Source: a virus (taxonomy: Duplodnaviria > Caudoviricetes). Taken from it: DNA of 64,000 nucleotides. The stretch is from the IMG/VR virus record IMGVR_UViG_3300042887_001670, positions 127 to 64,126 of that record. The stretch is one strand, 5' to 3'. The position numbers were made by a program, and so were the translations under genes. Below, piece after piece: positions 56,162 to 64,000 of this stretch. Each line of letters begins with the position of its first letter. Positions within the stretch are counted from its first letter, which is position 1. The notes under the pieces were generated by a model that was given only the letters and a program-made list of their open reading frames with translations, ran no database searches and was not told the origin of the DNA.

Positions 56162-56407
56162 TCATGTCCCCTCCTTCAGCGCGCGGATGGCGGCGGCGAT
56201 GGCTTTAGCCTCCCCGGAACCGGGCGCTTTTGTTCCGATACCGCCGACGAACCATTCATGTGTTTCCGCCACCCCCGCGCACCGCTCCCGCTCGGCCTTC
56301 GCGATCAACGGCGCGACGGCGGCGAGGACTTGGCGTAGGTCGCCTTCGCCATCAACCCACGCCCTCATGGCCGTCCCCAGCAGTTCCCCCGACACCTCAA
56401 CCTTCAT
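56162..56407 (-). CDS. Hypothetical protein
   Basis: AERERCA..A...IAAAIRAL motif; overlapping operon. Confidence 0.6.
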   Translation of the reverse strand: MKVEVSGELLGTAMRAWVDGEGDLRQVLAAVAPLIAKAERERCAGVAETHEWFVGGIGTKAPGSGEAKAIAAAIRALKEGT

Positions 56408-56819
56408 AGCCCGGCTCCTTCGCGAGTGCTGCGCGGGCGACGGTCAGCATGTCGGCAAGGGTGCGCTCGGCCAACACTTCGCCGTCCCGCGCGCCACCAT
56501 CGACACGGACGCGGATCGACGTTTCGTTGGGGTCCAAGTCCAGTGCGTCGCAAATATCAGGGATGACGGCGACAAGCGGGCTCAACGCCCCCCGCAACCG
56601 CTCCACCTCCGCCCGCAGCGCGGCGACCTCGGCGGGGGTGGCAACGGGGGCGAGGTAGCGATAGCCATATCGGTAAGCCGCCTCGGGCGTCACCCAATCG
56701 TCCTCACCCCATTCCCACTCTTGGCGATCAGCGATCCAAAGGACAGGGTTGTGCTCTGTAAGCCAATGCCATCCATCCACATCGCGTAGTTCCTCGCGCG
56801 GCTCACAACGCGCGCTCAT
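56397..56819 (-). CDS. Hypothetical protein
   Basis: ATGA-coupled; ALRAEVERLR, ARAALA. Confidence 0.6.
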   Translation of the reverse strand: MSARCEPREELRDVDGWHWLTEHNPVLWIADRQEWEWGEDDWVTPEAAYRYGYRYLAPVATPAEVAALRAEVERLRGALSPLVAVIPDICDALDLDPNETSIRVRVDGGARDGEVLAERTLADMLTVARAALAKEPGYEG

Positions 56820-57118
56820 GCCTGCGGCTCCGTGGCTGCGGCGAGCATGGCGCGGATGCCGTCAATAGCTTGGTCAAAGTCCTTGAGAAAATTGGTGTTC
56901 CACGATTGGCCATCACGCGCGGCGCACAAGACTAGCAACGCGATTTGCAACACCACTTTGTCGCCCACCGCGTAGCCAGCAGCGGCGAGGGCGGCCAAAA
57001 TCACATCGGCATTGCGGTTCCGGCCCACATCATCGTGAGCGCTGTGCATCAGCAAGTTGTCTGCTATCACATCCCGCGCGCTGACCATTTTGCCAAGGTC
57101 GGGAATATGGTCGCTCAT
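56816..57118 (-). CDS. Hypothetical protein
   Basis: ATGA-coupled chain. Confidence 0.55.
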   Translation of the reverse strand: MSDHIPDLGKMVSARDVIADNLLMHSAHDDVGRNRNADVILAALAAAGYAVGDKVVLQIALLVLCAARDGQSWNTNFLKDFDQAIDGIRAMLAAATEPQA

Positions 57119-57453
57119 GCCCCATCCCCCTTCACCAGCGGGAGTCGGACGGTGCCGAGGCGACGCCAGCCGTCCATTAGTAATCCCGATGCAAACCCAC
57201 TTGAGGGGTCAGCAAGACAGCGCCCACCTCGCGCGGTCCCAAACAATGCCACCTCCACCACCCCCGCAGGCACGGGATCGGCAGGGAGGGCGTCGAGGGC
57301 GGCGAGTGCGTTAAATAGCGACTGTGTGTCGTGTAGGGTTGCGCCATACCCATCCAACTCAGGACGAGACGCGCACCAGATACGCACTCTCGTAGCCACG
57401 GCCTCTAGTGCTTGCAAGCGGGCCAAGCTCTTACTTTTCGTAGTTTCAGTCAT
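57115..57453 (-). CDS. Hypothetical protein
   Basis: AAGGA RBS; first gene of leftward operon. Confidence 0.55.
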   Translation of the reverse strand: MTETTKSKSLARLQALEAVATRVRIWCASRPELDGYGATLHDTQSLFNALAALDALPADPVPAGVVEVALFGTARGGRCLADPSSGFASGLLMDGWRRLGTVRLPLVKGDGA

Positions 57454-57544
57454 TTAGGGGTTCCTTTCTTCTCCCTTGACCGACAAGGGCAAGGCGTGGC
57501 ATAGCCTACCACGCTCCTCAACGCAAGCGGGAAAGTTGTTGTAA

Positions 57545-57988
57545 ATGCAGATCAACATGGGGGAGCCTTATTGGCTCTTTGACCGTTCGCAGGTCCGACG
57601 CCTTGAAGCCGATGCTCTCTACGTAGGCGACTTTGCGGTGCGCAGCAGCAAGGGCATTTGGTCCTCTATCCCTGTGGCCGTGTTCTATACCCCGAAGCCC
57701 CGTGAGGGCTACACCAACCACTACTTTGGCGTCTACAAGTCCCAAGCGAGGCTTGATATGCCAACTTGGATGATCTGCGACGCAACTTCAGTTGCGACTC
57801 ACCTTTGGCACGGATTGGAGATGAAGGGCGAAGTTATCTTCTCTCGCTGGCGCCATGACTTTAGGTGTTTCTCCTTCGGTGGCCCTTACGTCGATGGTGG
57901 GGCTGACTATACGCGGGTTGTAGGGCTTACCAACCTCGCGAAAAACGTTTCACTGCGCCTCGTAGACGGTATTTTTAAGGTAATCTGA
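57545..57988 (+). CDS. Hypothetical phage protein
   Basis: HYFG, IFSRWRHDF...VDGG.DY; TGATG-coupled to primase; TTGACC box at ~57476. Confidence 0.65.
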   Translation: MQINMGEPYWLFDRSQVRRLEADALYVGDFAVRSSKGIWSSIPVAVFYTPKPREGYTNHYFGVYKSQARLDMPTWMICDATSVATHLWHGLEMKGEVIFSRWRHDFRCFSFGGPYVDGGADYTRVVGLTNLAKNVSLRLVDGIFKVI

Positions 57989-60900
57989 TGCACTTCATCT
58001 TCGCGTGCGACCACCCACAACGTAAGACGTTCACGATGAGTGGGTCTTTCAAACCCATTCAGAAGCCCGCAAAGGCCAATACATATTGGATTTCTGACGT
58101 AGTTAGTGGAGTAGACAGCCTTGAAAGCCTGTCTGCTGCTATCAAGGGGCGTTTGAAGCACCCAAAGGGTGAGAGGTTTGCAGTCATGCGTGGGGTTTGG
58201 CACCCCCTGGCGGAGATGTGTGCTTTGGAGGAGCAGCGTAAGGCACATATCACGGAGATGGGAAAACAGGGCAAGCCCGTTCCTGCTTCGCAGATGGTGC
58301 CCTTTGTGCGGAAAGGCGAAAAGCATCCGCATTTCCTACGCCGTAAGGGCATCGTGCAGGACTTGCCGGTAAATTGGGTTTGTTTTGATTTCGATGGCCT
58401 TCAGATTGAAGGCATGGGCGACTTTGACGTGGCCAACCCGGTGCCGTGGGCGCAAAAGGCAATCGGGGTGGAGCTTGGCCCTGATTTTGCTTGCGCTGAT
58501 TACGTGCTGCAACTTTCTTCCTCAGCGGGCCTAAAGCCTGGAATCTCAGCGCATTGTTGGTTTTGGCTGGAACAGCCGATGGATGGAGCGGCGTGGCGGG
58601 CATGGTATTCACGCAGGACGCGCGAATTGGGCCGCAAGCCTCGCATTGATAAGACCCTCTTTGAGCGTGAGCGTATTCACTATATCGCCACGCCAAAGTT
58701 CGACGGTGGCACAGTAGACCCTGTGGCCGAAGCGGGGCAGGACAGGTATATCTTGGTTGAGAATTTTGATAACCAAGTCTACCTCAAAGACGTAGAAGGG
58801 CTTCATACGGAGGCGCAAGCTGAACGTGAGGAGGTCACGGTTGATTTCTCCGATGAAAGTGAGCGCGCACAGGAGGCTTTTAACCGTCCCGGTGTGATCG
58901 GCGCCTTCAATCGGTGCTTCTCCATATCGGACTGCATCAATCGCTTTCTATATGACCATTACCGCATAGACACGCGCGATGGCCGCGTGACGTGGCTCAA
59001 GAGTGATAGTGGGGCTGCTGGTGGGTGCCGCATCGTGGCTGGCAACACGCGGATGTTCTCGACGCACAATGGTGACCCGCTTGAAGGCTATGTGGGCACT
59101 GCCTTCGACCACATCCAAGCCGTGCTGTTTGATAACGATTATACGTCTGCCGCAGAGTGGGCGCGCACTCTGCCTGAAGTGGCGGCAGAGATGGAGCGCG
59201 TGGAAATGGGGGTGTTTGATGACGAAGCCCCTTTGGAGAGCTTCAAAGCTGACGTAGCCTTAGCCACGCCTGGCGGCGCTGAGAGCGTTAAGGTCGAGAC
59301 ACCAGAAGATGTGATGGCGGAATATCCGATGCCGAAGAAGTGGCACGGACAGGCAGCCTCCTACCGCCTCGCGGAAGGTGTGTGGTGGTATGGCTATGAG
59401 AAGGCGGAGGAGGAAGACGAGGAAGGCTCGAAGAAGAAAAAGAAGAAGGGCGGTGGGCCTTTCGTCAGTCTTTGGACACCTATTACCTTTGTCCGCGAAT
59501 TTGTCTCGGCCAATAGCGGTGAGATTACAACTGAATATAAGCTGCGCGATAAGTGGGGCAAACCCGTCTCGGTGATGATCGAGAAGGGCAGGGTCGTTTC
59601 CGCGCCAACCGACGTGCTTGCTCGGCTTCACTCCCTTGGTTGGTTGTTCGAGATTAACGCGGATAAGGCATTCCTGCACTATATGCGCGTGAAGTCCCCT
59701 GACGTGGTTTATTCATCCCTTGATAACAGAGGGTGGGACAAGCGAGGGGTGGCGTTCGCCGTTCCTAGTGGGGCCATCTTTGGTGCCTCTGACGCCATTC
59801 TCAGGCCTGACCTCGTGGTGGGGGAGAAGGTGTCTCGCGGCGGCAGCCTTGAAGGATGGCGCGGCGTTATAGACGGCGTGTTGGACTTGGAAGGCTGCGC
59901 GCATTGGGCTTTGGCCGTGGCTGCGGGCTTTGCGGGGCCGTTGGTTGGGTTGCTCAATTTGCCGACGAGTGGTTTGGCTTTGTGCGGTGAAACCTCCAAG
60001 GGCAAGACGACCGCATTGAAATTGGCGGTTTCCGCTTGGACCTCGCCAGACCCACAGGCTAACCGCGATGGTGGCTTGCTTGTGAGCCTGCGAGGCACAT
60101 CGAACTCTGTGGATGTGTTGGCTGAGAACGCCAACCATACGATCTTGGCCTTGGACGAGACGGCCATGATGCAGGCGAAGGACTTGGAGAGCCTTGTGTT
60201 CTCCGTGACCTCTGGTGCGGGCAAGGCGCGCATGAACATCACAGGGCAAGGGCTGCGCAAGTCGTCGGTGTGGCAGACGTTCGTTCTGATCTCAGGCGAA
60301 CAGGGCCTTGCTCAGCGGTTCGAGGATGCCACAGGCAAGAAGATGGCCAAAGGCGCTGCGGCCCGGCTGCTGGACGTGGACGTGGACGCTCTTGACGTTG
60401 TGGTGACGGACGTAGAGGCGTTGCGGCGCCTTGAAGCAGGGGTTCTTGAGAACTTTGGTTGGGCGGGGCCTGCCTTTGTGGAGGGATTGGTCAAGGGTGG
60501 CTTCGTTGATCGCGTCGGGGAGTTGCAGGCTCGCCTAGGCCAGCATGAGTTGAGGCTTGGTGAGAACAGGACGGGGTTGGTGTCCCGCGTGGCGCGCGTG
60601 GCGGCGCTGCTGGCCCTGGCTGCGGAGTTGGCTGAAGAGTTTGGCATCTTGTCGGTGGGAAGTGCAGAGCGGATTTCTAGCGCCATTCTCGCCGTATGGG
60701 GTGCTTTTGAGGAGAGCGCTGCGGCGAACTCGGAAGAAGCGATTGTGGATGACGTGCGGCAGTGGATTGCCAAGCGCCTCAACATGTCGATCTTCGCCGT
60801 AGATGACACGTCACGCCACAGCGTTGAAGCGGATGGATGGCATGATGGAGAACTGGTTTATCTCCTTGCGGATAGGATCACTCAGCCGAGCAAAGGCGCA

Positions 60901-61089
60901 AACAGGCAAGCGAATGTGGTGAAGGCGCTTAGCGCGGTGGGTGTGTTGCAGCGCCAAAAGAAAGCGCAGGCGTCTTCCTCGTATATTCCAGGGCGCGGTG
61001 ACAACATCGCCCACTACAGGATAAGCGCCAAAGCCCTCGGTATCATGCTCGATCCCGAGTTTGAGATAGAGCCCTCCGCTGCGGAATAA
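57988..61089 (+). CDS. Primase-helicase (AEP-like N-terminus + DUF927 + P-loop helicase)
   Basis: WVCFDFDG, SSSAG...HCWFWL, G.LEGW, GETSKGKTT, LDE, SGE. Confidence 0.8.
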   Translation: MHFIFACDHPQRKTFTMSGSFKPIQKPAKANTYWISDVVSGVDSLESLSAAIKGRLKHPKGERFAVMRGVWHPLAEMCALEEQRKAHITEMGKQGKPVPASQMVPFVRKGEKHPHFLRRKGIVQDLPVNWVCFDFDGLQIEGMGDFDVANPVPWAQKAIGVELGPDFACADYVLQLSSSAGLKPGISAHCWFWLEQPMDGAAWRAWYSRRTRELGRKPRIDKTLFERERIHYIATPKFDGGTVDPVAEAGQDRYILVENFDNQVYLKDVEGLHTEAQAEREEVTVDFSDESERAQEAFNRPGVIGAFNRCFSISDCINRFLYDHYRIDTRDGRVTWLKSDSGAAGGCRIVAGNTRMFSTHNGDPLEGYVGTAFDHIQAVLFDNDYTSAAEWARTLPEVAAEMERVEMGVFDDEAPLESFKADVALATPGGAESVKVETPEDVMAEYPMPKKWHGQAASYRLAEGVWWYGYEKAEEEDEEGSKKKKKKGGGPFVSLWTPITFVREFVSANSGEITTEYKLRDKWGKPVSVMIEKGRVVSAPTDVLARLHSLGWLFEINADKAFLHYMRVKSPDVVYSSLDNRGWDKRGVAFAVPSGAIFGASDAILRPDLVVGEKVSRGGSLEGWRGVIDGVLDLEGCAHWALAVAAGFAGPLVGLLNLPTSGLALCGETSKGKTTALKLAVSAWTSPDPQANRDGGLLVSLRGTSNSVDVLAENANHTILALDETAMMQAKDLESLVFSVTSGAGKARMNITGQGLRKSSVWQTFVLISGEQGLAQRFEDATGKKMAKGAAARLLDVDVDALDVVVTDVEALRRLEAGVLENFGWAGPAFVEGLVKGGFVDRVGELQARLGQHELRLGENRTGLVSRVARVAALLALAAELAEEFGILSVGSAERISSAILAVWGAFEESAAANSEEAIVDDVRQWIAKRLNMSIFAVDDTSRHSVEADGWHDGELVYLLADRITQPSKGANRQANVVKALSAVGVLQRQKKAQASSSYIPGRGDNIAHYRISAKALGIMLDPEFEIEPSAAE

Positions 61090-61094
61090 ATCAG

Positions 61095-61136
61095 AAAAAT
61101 ACCCCCCGAATTAATTTAATTCGGGGGATTTTTTTT
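61095..61136 (+). terminator. Intrinsic terminator
   Basis: CCCCCGAATTA-att-TAATTCGGGGGATTTTTTT. Confidence 0.8.
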
Positions 61137-61160
61137 GACCGAGCGCCGAGACAGCGCCGT

Positions 61161-61498
61161 TTTTGGATGGTTCTGGATGGATTGGATGGTTCTGGATGGA
61201 AAATTGGATGGTTTGCATCGCCATAAGTCCTTGATAAACCTCATTTTGGATGGTTTGGATGGTTTGGGTGGTCACTTTATACAGTCTGGCTCAGAGAGGG
61301 GGAAAATAAATAGGATAAATATTTTTGGATTATTTATCTCTCCATCTTTCTTTCTTTTCAAAAAGATATAAAACAACCATCCAAACCATCCAAACCATCC
61401 AAACCCCCTTTTTCCCAAAGGTTTTTCAAGGGGTTATGAAATTGGATGGTTTGCCATTTTCCGCAACCCTAACCATCCAATCCATCCAATCCATCCAA
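61161..61498. repeat. TGGATGG/CCATCCA iteron array around an AT-rich core: probable replication origin
   Basis: About 14 copies in both orientations, 9-10 nt periodicity, AT-rich 61300-61375, directly after primase-helicase. Confidence 0.75.
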
Positions 61499-61537
61499 GG
61501 CTTGAAATCCCCCTACGGCGCCGTCCATACCAAGTGC

Positions 61538-62146
61538 ATGAGCATTTTGATCTTCGATACCGAGACTTCCGGCCTGATAGACAGGCGCTTTGAAGCCGAA
61601 GACCCTGAGCAGCCTGACGTGGTGCAGTTGGCCGCGTTGCTCTGCGGCGATGACGGTGAGGTTCTCTCCACCGTCTCGTGCTTAGTGCGCCCCGACCTCA
61701 AGGCCATCCAGCCGGGTGCTGCTAAGGTGCATGGCATCACGCAGGCGAAGGCTAACGCGCACGGCTTGGAGGCGCCTGCGGTGCTGGGGGCGTTCGGGGC
61801 GATGGTGGACCGCGCTGACGTGTTGGTTGCCCACAACCTCGCCTTTGACGCTCTCGTGCTTCGGACTGCTTGGCACCGCGCCTTTGGCGCCGACTTCCGG
61901 GAACGCCTCTATGGCAAGCGGGCGTTCTGCACGATGAAGGCTATGACCCCTGTATGCAAAATCCTCTCAGGACGCTCCAAGCATAAGACGGACTACAAGT
62001 GGCCTAAGCTCAGCGAGTGCATCGACTTCTTGTTTGCTGAGCGCCTAGAGGGGGCGCATGATGCCCTTGTGGACGCGAGGGCGTGTGGCCGGATATACTT
62101 TGAACTGCAACGCAGGAAGGGTCTTGCGGACAATCAGGAGGGCTAA
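61538..62146 (+). CDS. DEDDh 3'-5' exonuclease (DnaQ-like)
   Basis: FDTETSG, VHGIT, VAHNLAFD, CTMK, WPKL.E, AHDALVD. Confidence 0.9.
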   Translation: MSILIFDTETSGLIDRRFEAEDPEQPDVVQLAALLCGDDGEVLSTVSCLVRPDLKAIQPGAAKVHGITQAKANAHGLEAPAVLGAFGAMVDRADVLVAHNLAFDALVLRTAWHRAFGADFRERLYGKRAFCTMKAMTPVCKILSGRSKHKTDYKWPKLSECIDFLFAERLEGAHDALVDARACGRIYFELQRRKGLADNQEG

Positions 62147-62149
62147 GTC

Positions 62150-62320
62150 ATGCCGCTGAAGCAGGGTTATGGCAAGAAGACCATCTCGGAGAACATCGCC
62201 AAGGAAGTGCGCTCCGGGCGCGAGACGAAGCAAGCCGTCGCTATCGCCTACTCCGTGGCCAACAAGGCTCGCAAGAAGGCGGGCAAGCCTCCTCTGAAGC
62301 AGAAGGGCGGCAAGGAGTAA
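62150..62320 (+). CDS. Small basic protein, 56 aa (not in ORF track)
   Basis: [23 protein letters not shown]...KQAVAIAYS..; AGGAGG RBS; followed by hairpin 62331-62363. Confidence 0.75.
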   Translation: MPLKQGYGKKTISENIAKEVRSGRETKQAVAIAYSVANKARKKAGKPPLKQKGGKE

Positions 62321-62442
62321 GCACAAGGCCAGAACGGCTCTGGCGACGCTCAGGGCCGTTCTACTTTGGGGTTGACACATCTCAGCCGCCGGGGTACCTA
62401 GAGCCTTCTAGCCTTCTCAACGCATGGATTTTAGGAAAGCAC

Positions 62443-62826
62443 ATGCAAACTCAGTCCGCAGTAAGCGACAACCTTTACAATACGAACGGCCTGCCCCCTT
62501 TCACTCCGCCATCCACGACTGCCGAAGCTCGTGAGCGCATCGCCCAACTGAATGTGGCGATCATGAGCATTCAGGATCAGGTTGAATACCGTGAGATGAC
62601 GCAGAGCCTGGACCCGGAGTGGTTCAAGAAGGCTACAACGTCGAAGCGGTTTAAGACGCTAGAAGTGCAGCGTCTCCAAGCCTGGATTGACGAAAGCGCA
62701 CGCGGAAATGGACCGACGCTGAACGACGCCATCGTTTCTCTTTTGAAGGGCGAATATGCGCCTGACGATTGGGACGGCATCGTGCAGGACGCACAACGCT
62801 CTATGGAAAATGGAACCAATGACTAA
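62443..62826 (+). CDS. Hypothetical protein
   Basis: AGGA RBS; TTGACA box at ~62372. Confidence 0.6.
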   Translation: MQTQSAVSDNLYNTNGLPPFTPPSTTAEARERIAQLNVAIMSIQDQVEYREMTQSLDPEWFKKATTSKRFKTLEVQRLQAWIDESARGNGPTLNDAIVSLLKGEYAPDDWDGIVQDAQRSMENGTND

Positions 62827-63214
62827 GCACTGTATGATCCCTGCATACTACGAGATTGCGTATTCCGCTGACCTTCTGACTGACGCTTGCCATCTCGCCT
62901 CAAAACAGGCGGGATGGTGGGACGGGGTTGACCCCCGCGACCCCTACGTGACAGCGACGAAGCTGATGCTCGCCGTCAGCGAGTTGGCTGAGGCTATGGA
63001 AGGGGCTCGCAAGGGCCTGAAAGATGACAAGCTGCCTGACTGCGAAATGCTTGAAGTCGAGTTGGCAGATTGCGTCATCCGCGTTTTTGATTTGGCGGGC
63101 GCCTTGGGTTTTAGGAACTTTGGCAGCACGCTTTCGCGTAAAATGCAGTATAACGCTTCTCGCGCCGACCATAAGCCAGAGAATCGCGCAGCCGAAGGAG
63201 GGAAGAAGTTCTGA
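62819..63214 (+). CDS. MazG-like NTP pyrophosphohydrolase
   Basis: KLML..SEL.EAMEG.RK...D.KL....EVELAD..IR.FDLAG, KM.YN..R.DHK. Confidence 0.8.
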   Translation: MTKHCMIPAYYEIAYSADLLTDACHLASKQAGWWDGVDPRDPYVTATKLMLAVSELAEAMEGARKGLKDDKLPDCEMLEVELADCVIRVFDLAGALGFRNFGSTLSRKMQYNASRADHKPENRAAEGGKKF

Positions 63215-63834
63215 TGGACGACGAAGAAGAACGCATTGTCGCTCAAGACAATTTGCTGTCGCAATCTCGGTCGCTTGTAGCGATGGCAGATTTGGTTGAT
63301 GATCGGTTTACTGGTGTCGTTGAAGAGATTGATTGCGCGTGGAACTCCCATTGCCCAATTATTTTTTCTGGCGTTGGTAAGTCAGGGCTTGTAGGGCGAT
63401 ATCTCGCGTCGTGCTTCAACGCCATTGGCGTCCCTAGCGCATTCCTACACCCTACTGACGCAGTTCACGGAGACATGGGTATCCTACAAGGGGCTGGTGT
63501 TCTCATTGCGCTTTCCGTTTCTGGGGAGACGAAAGAGCTTGAGCCAATTCTCAACCGGGTTATCTACCTAGATACACCTGCGTATCTCATTACAGCTGGT
63601 GGGGATGAATGCACGCTTGCGCTAAATGTGCAGAACGTGCTGCCGCTCGCTCGGCTACCCGAGATTGATCCTTCAGGTATGGTGCCTCTGAAGGCATCTC
63701 TGATGCAGATGGCGTTAGGCAATGCGCTTGTAGTGGCGGTGGCTGAAAGGATCGGTTTCAACAAAAATAAGCTAGCCGTGCTGCACCCTGGTGGCTCTAT
63801 AGGCGAGAAGTTGCAAGAGGAAGGCGCCGGTTAG
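63214..63834 (+). CDS. Arabinose-5-phosphate isomerase (KdsD/KpsF-type SIS domain, no CBS pair)
   Basis: SGVGKSGLVG, FLHPTDAVHGDMG, SVSGETKEL, MALGNAL, HPGGSIG. Confidence 0.88.
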   Translation: MDDEEERIVAQDNLLSQSRSLVAMADLVDDRFTGVVEEIDCAWNSHCPIIFSGVGKSGLVGRYLASCFNAIGVPSAFLHPTDAVHGDMGILQGAGVLIALSVSGETKELEPILNRVIYLDTPAYLITAGGDECTLALNVQNVLPLARLPEIDPSGMVPLKASLMQMALGNALVVAVAERIGFNKNKLAVLHPGGSIGEKLQEEGAG

Positions 63835-63847
63835 GCGCCTTTTTTTT
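63822..63847 (+). terminator. Intrinsic terminator
   Basis: AGGCGCC-ggtta-GGCGCCTTTTTTTT. Confidence 0.8.
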
Positions 63848-64000
63848 GTTTCCGAAATCCACGGGTAGGTTCAAAAAATTTAGGGGGTGGGGGTTTTTGC
63901 TGTAGGATTTCGCGTTTCCGGCATGTGTCCAAAAGGCTATATAGTGCGAGTGGGATAACGACCAGTCTCGAACCGTCTACGGTATACCGGCTTGGGCCCC

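Noticed and set aside
61325-61537. N-terminal extension of the exonuclease ORF (TIQTIQ/IQSIQS) and ORF 61135..61371
   Set aside because: Translation of the CCATCCAAA iterons; the DEDDh domain starts at ATG 61538.
63214-63834. A5P isomerase as part of an arabinosyl-cytosine DNA modification pathway
   Set aside because: No cytosine hydroxylase/hydroxymethylase or NDP-arabinose enzymes recognised, and KdsA offers a direct consumer of A5P; not fully excluded.

Overview
The whole window is a tailed dsDNA phage genome segment, probably a long-tailed siphovirus of an alphaproteobacterial host (inferred from GapR/DUF2312-like and GcrA-like genes). No integrase or repressor is visible. It carries terminase, portal, scaffold, P22-coat-like capsid, two tRNAs, a lysis cassette, tail genes, and a replication/nucleotide module (PolA, SSB, Cas4-like nuclease, helicases, primase-helicase, RNR, ThyX, dNMP kinase) with an iteron-like origin. 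Most notable: (1) the PolA intein carries an HNH endonuclease overprinted in a different reading frame; (2) PolA is split into two ORFs by a DNA methyltransferase gene; (3) a dispersed Kdo pathway (KdsD-like, KdsA) plus a Maf/DUF115-like transferase, two glycosyltransferases and an FkbM methylase lie next to structural genes, suggesting virion glycosylation; (4) a prfB-like +1 frameshift site in the tail chaperone; (5) duplicated tail-tube genes; (6) an opposite-strand fibre cassette between nrdB and nrdA with near-identical repeats, a hypervariable propeller and a heme-oxygenase-like gene. All calls come from motif recognition by eye; no database searches were run.
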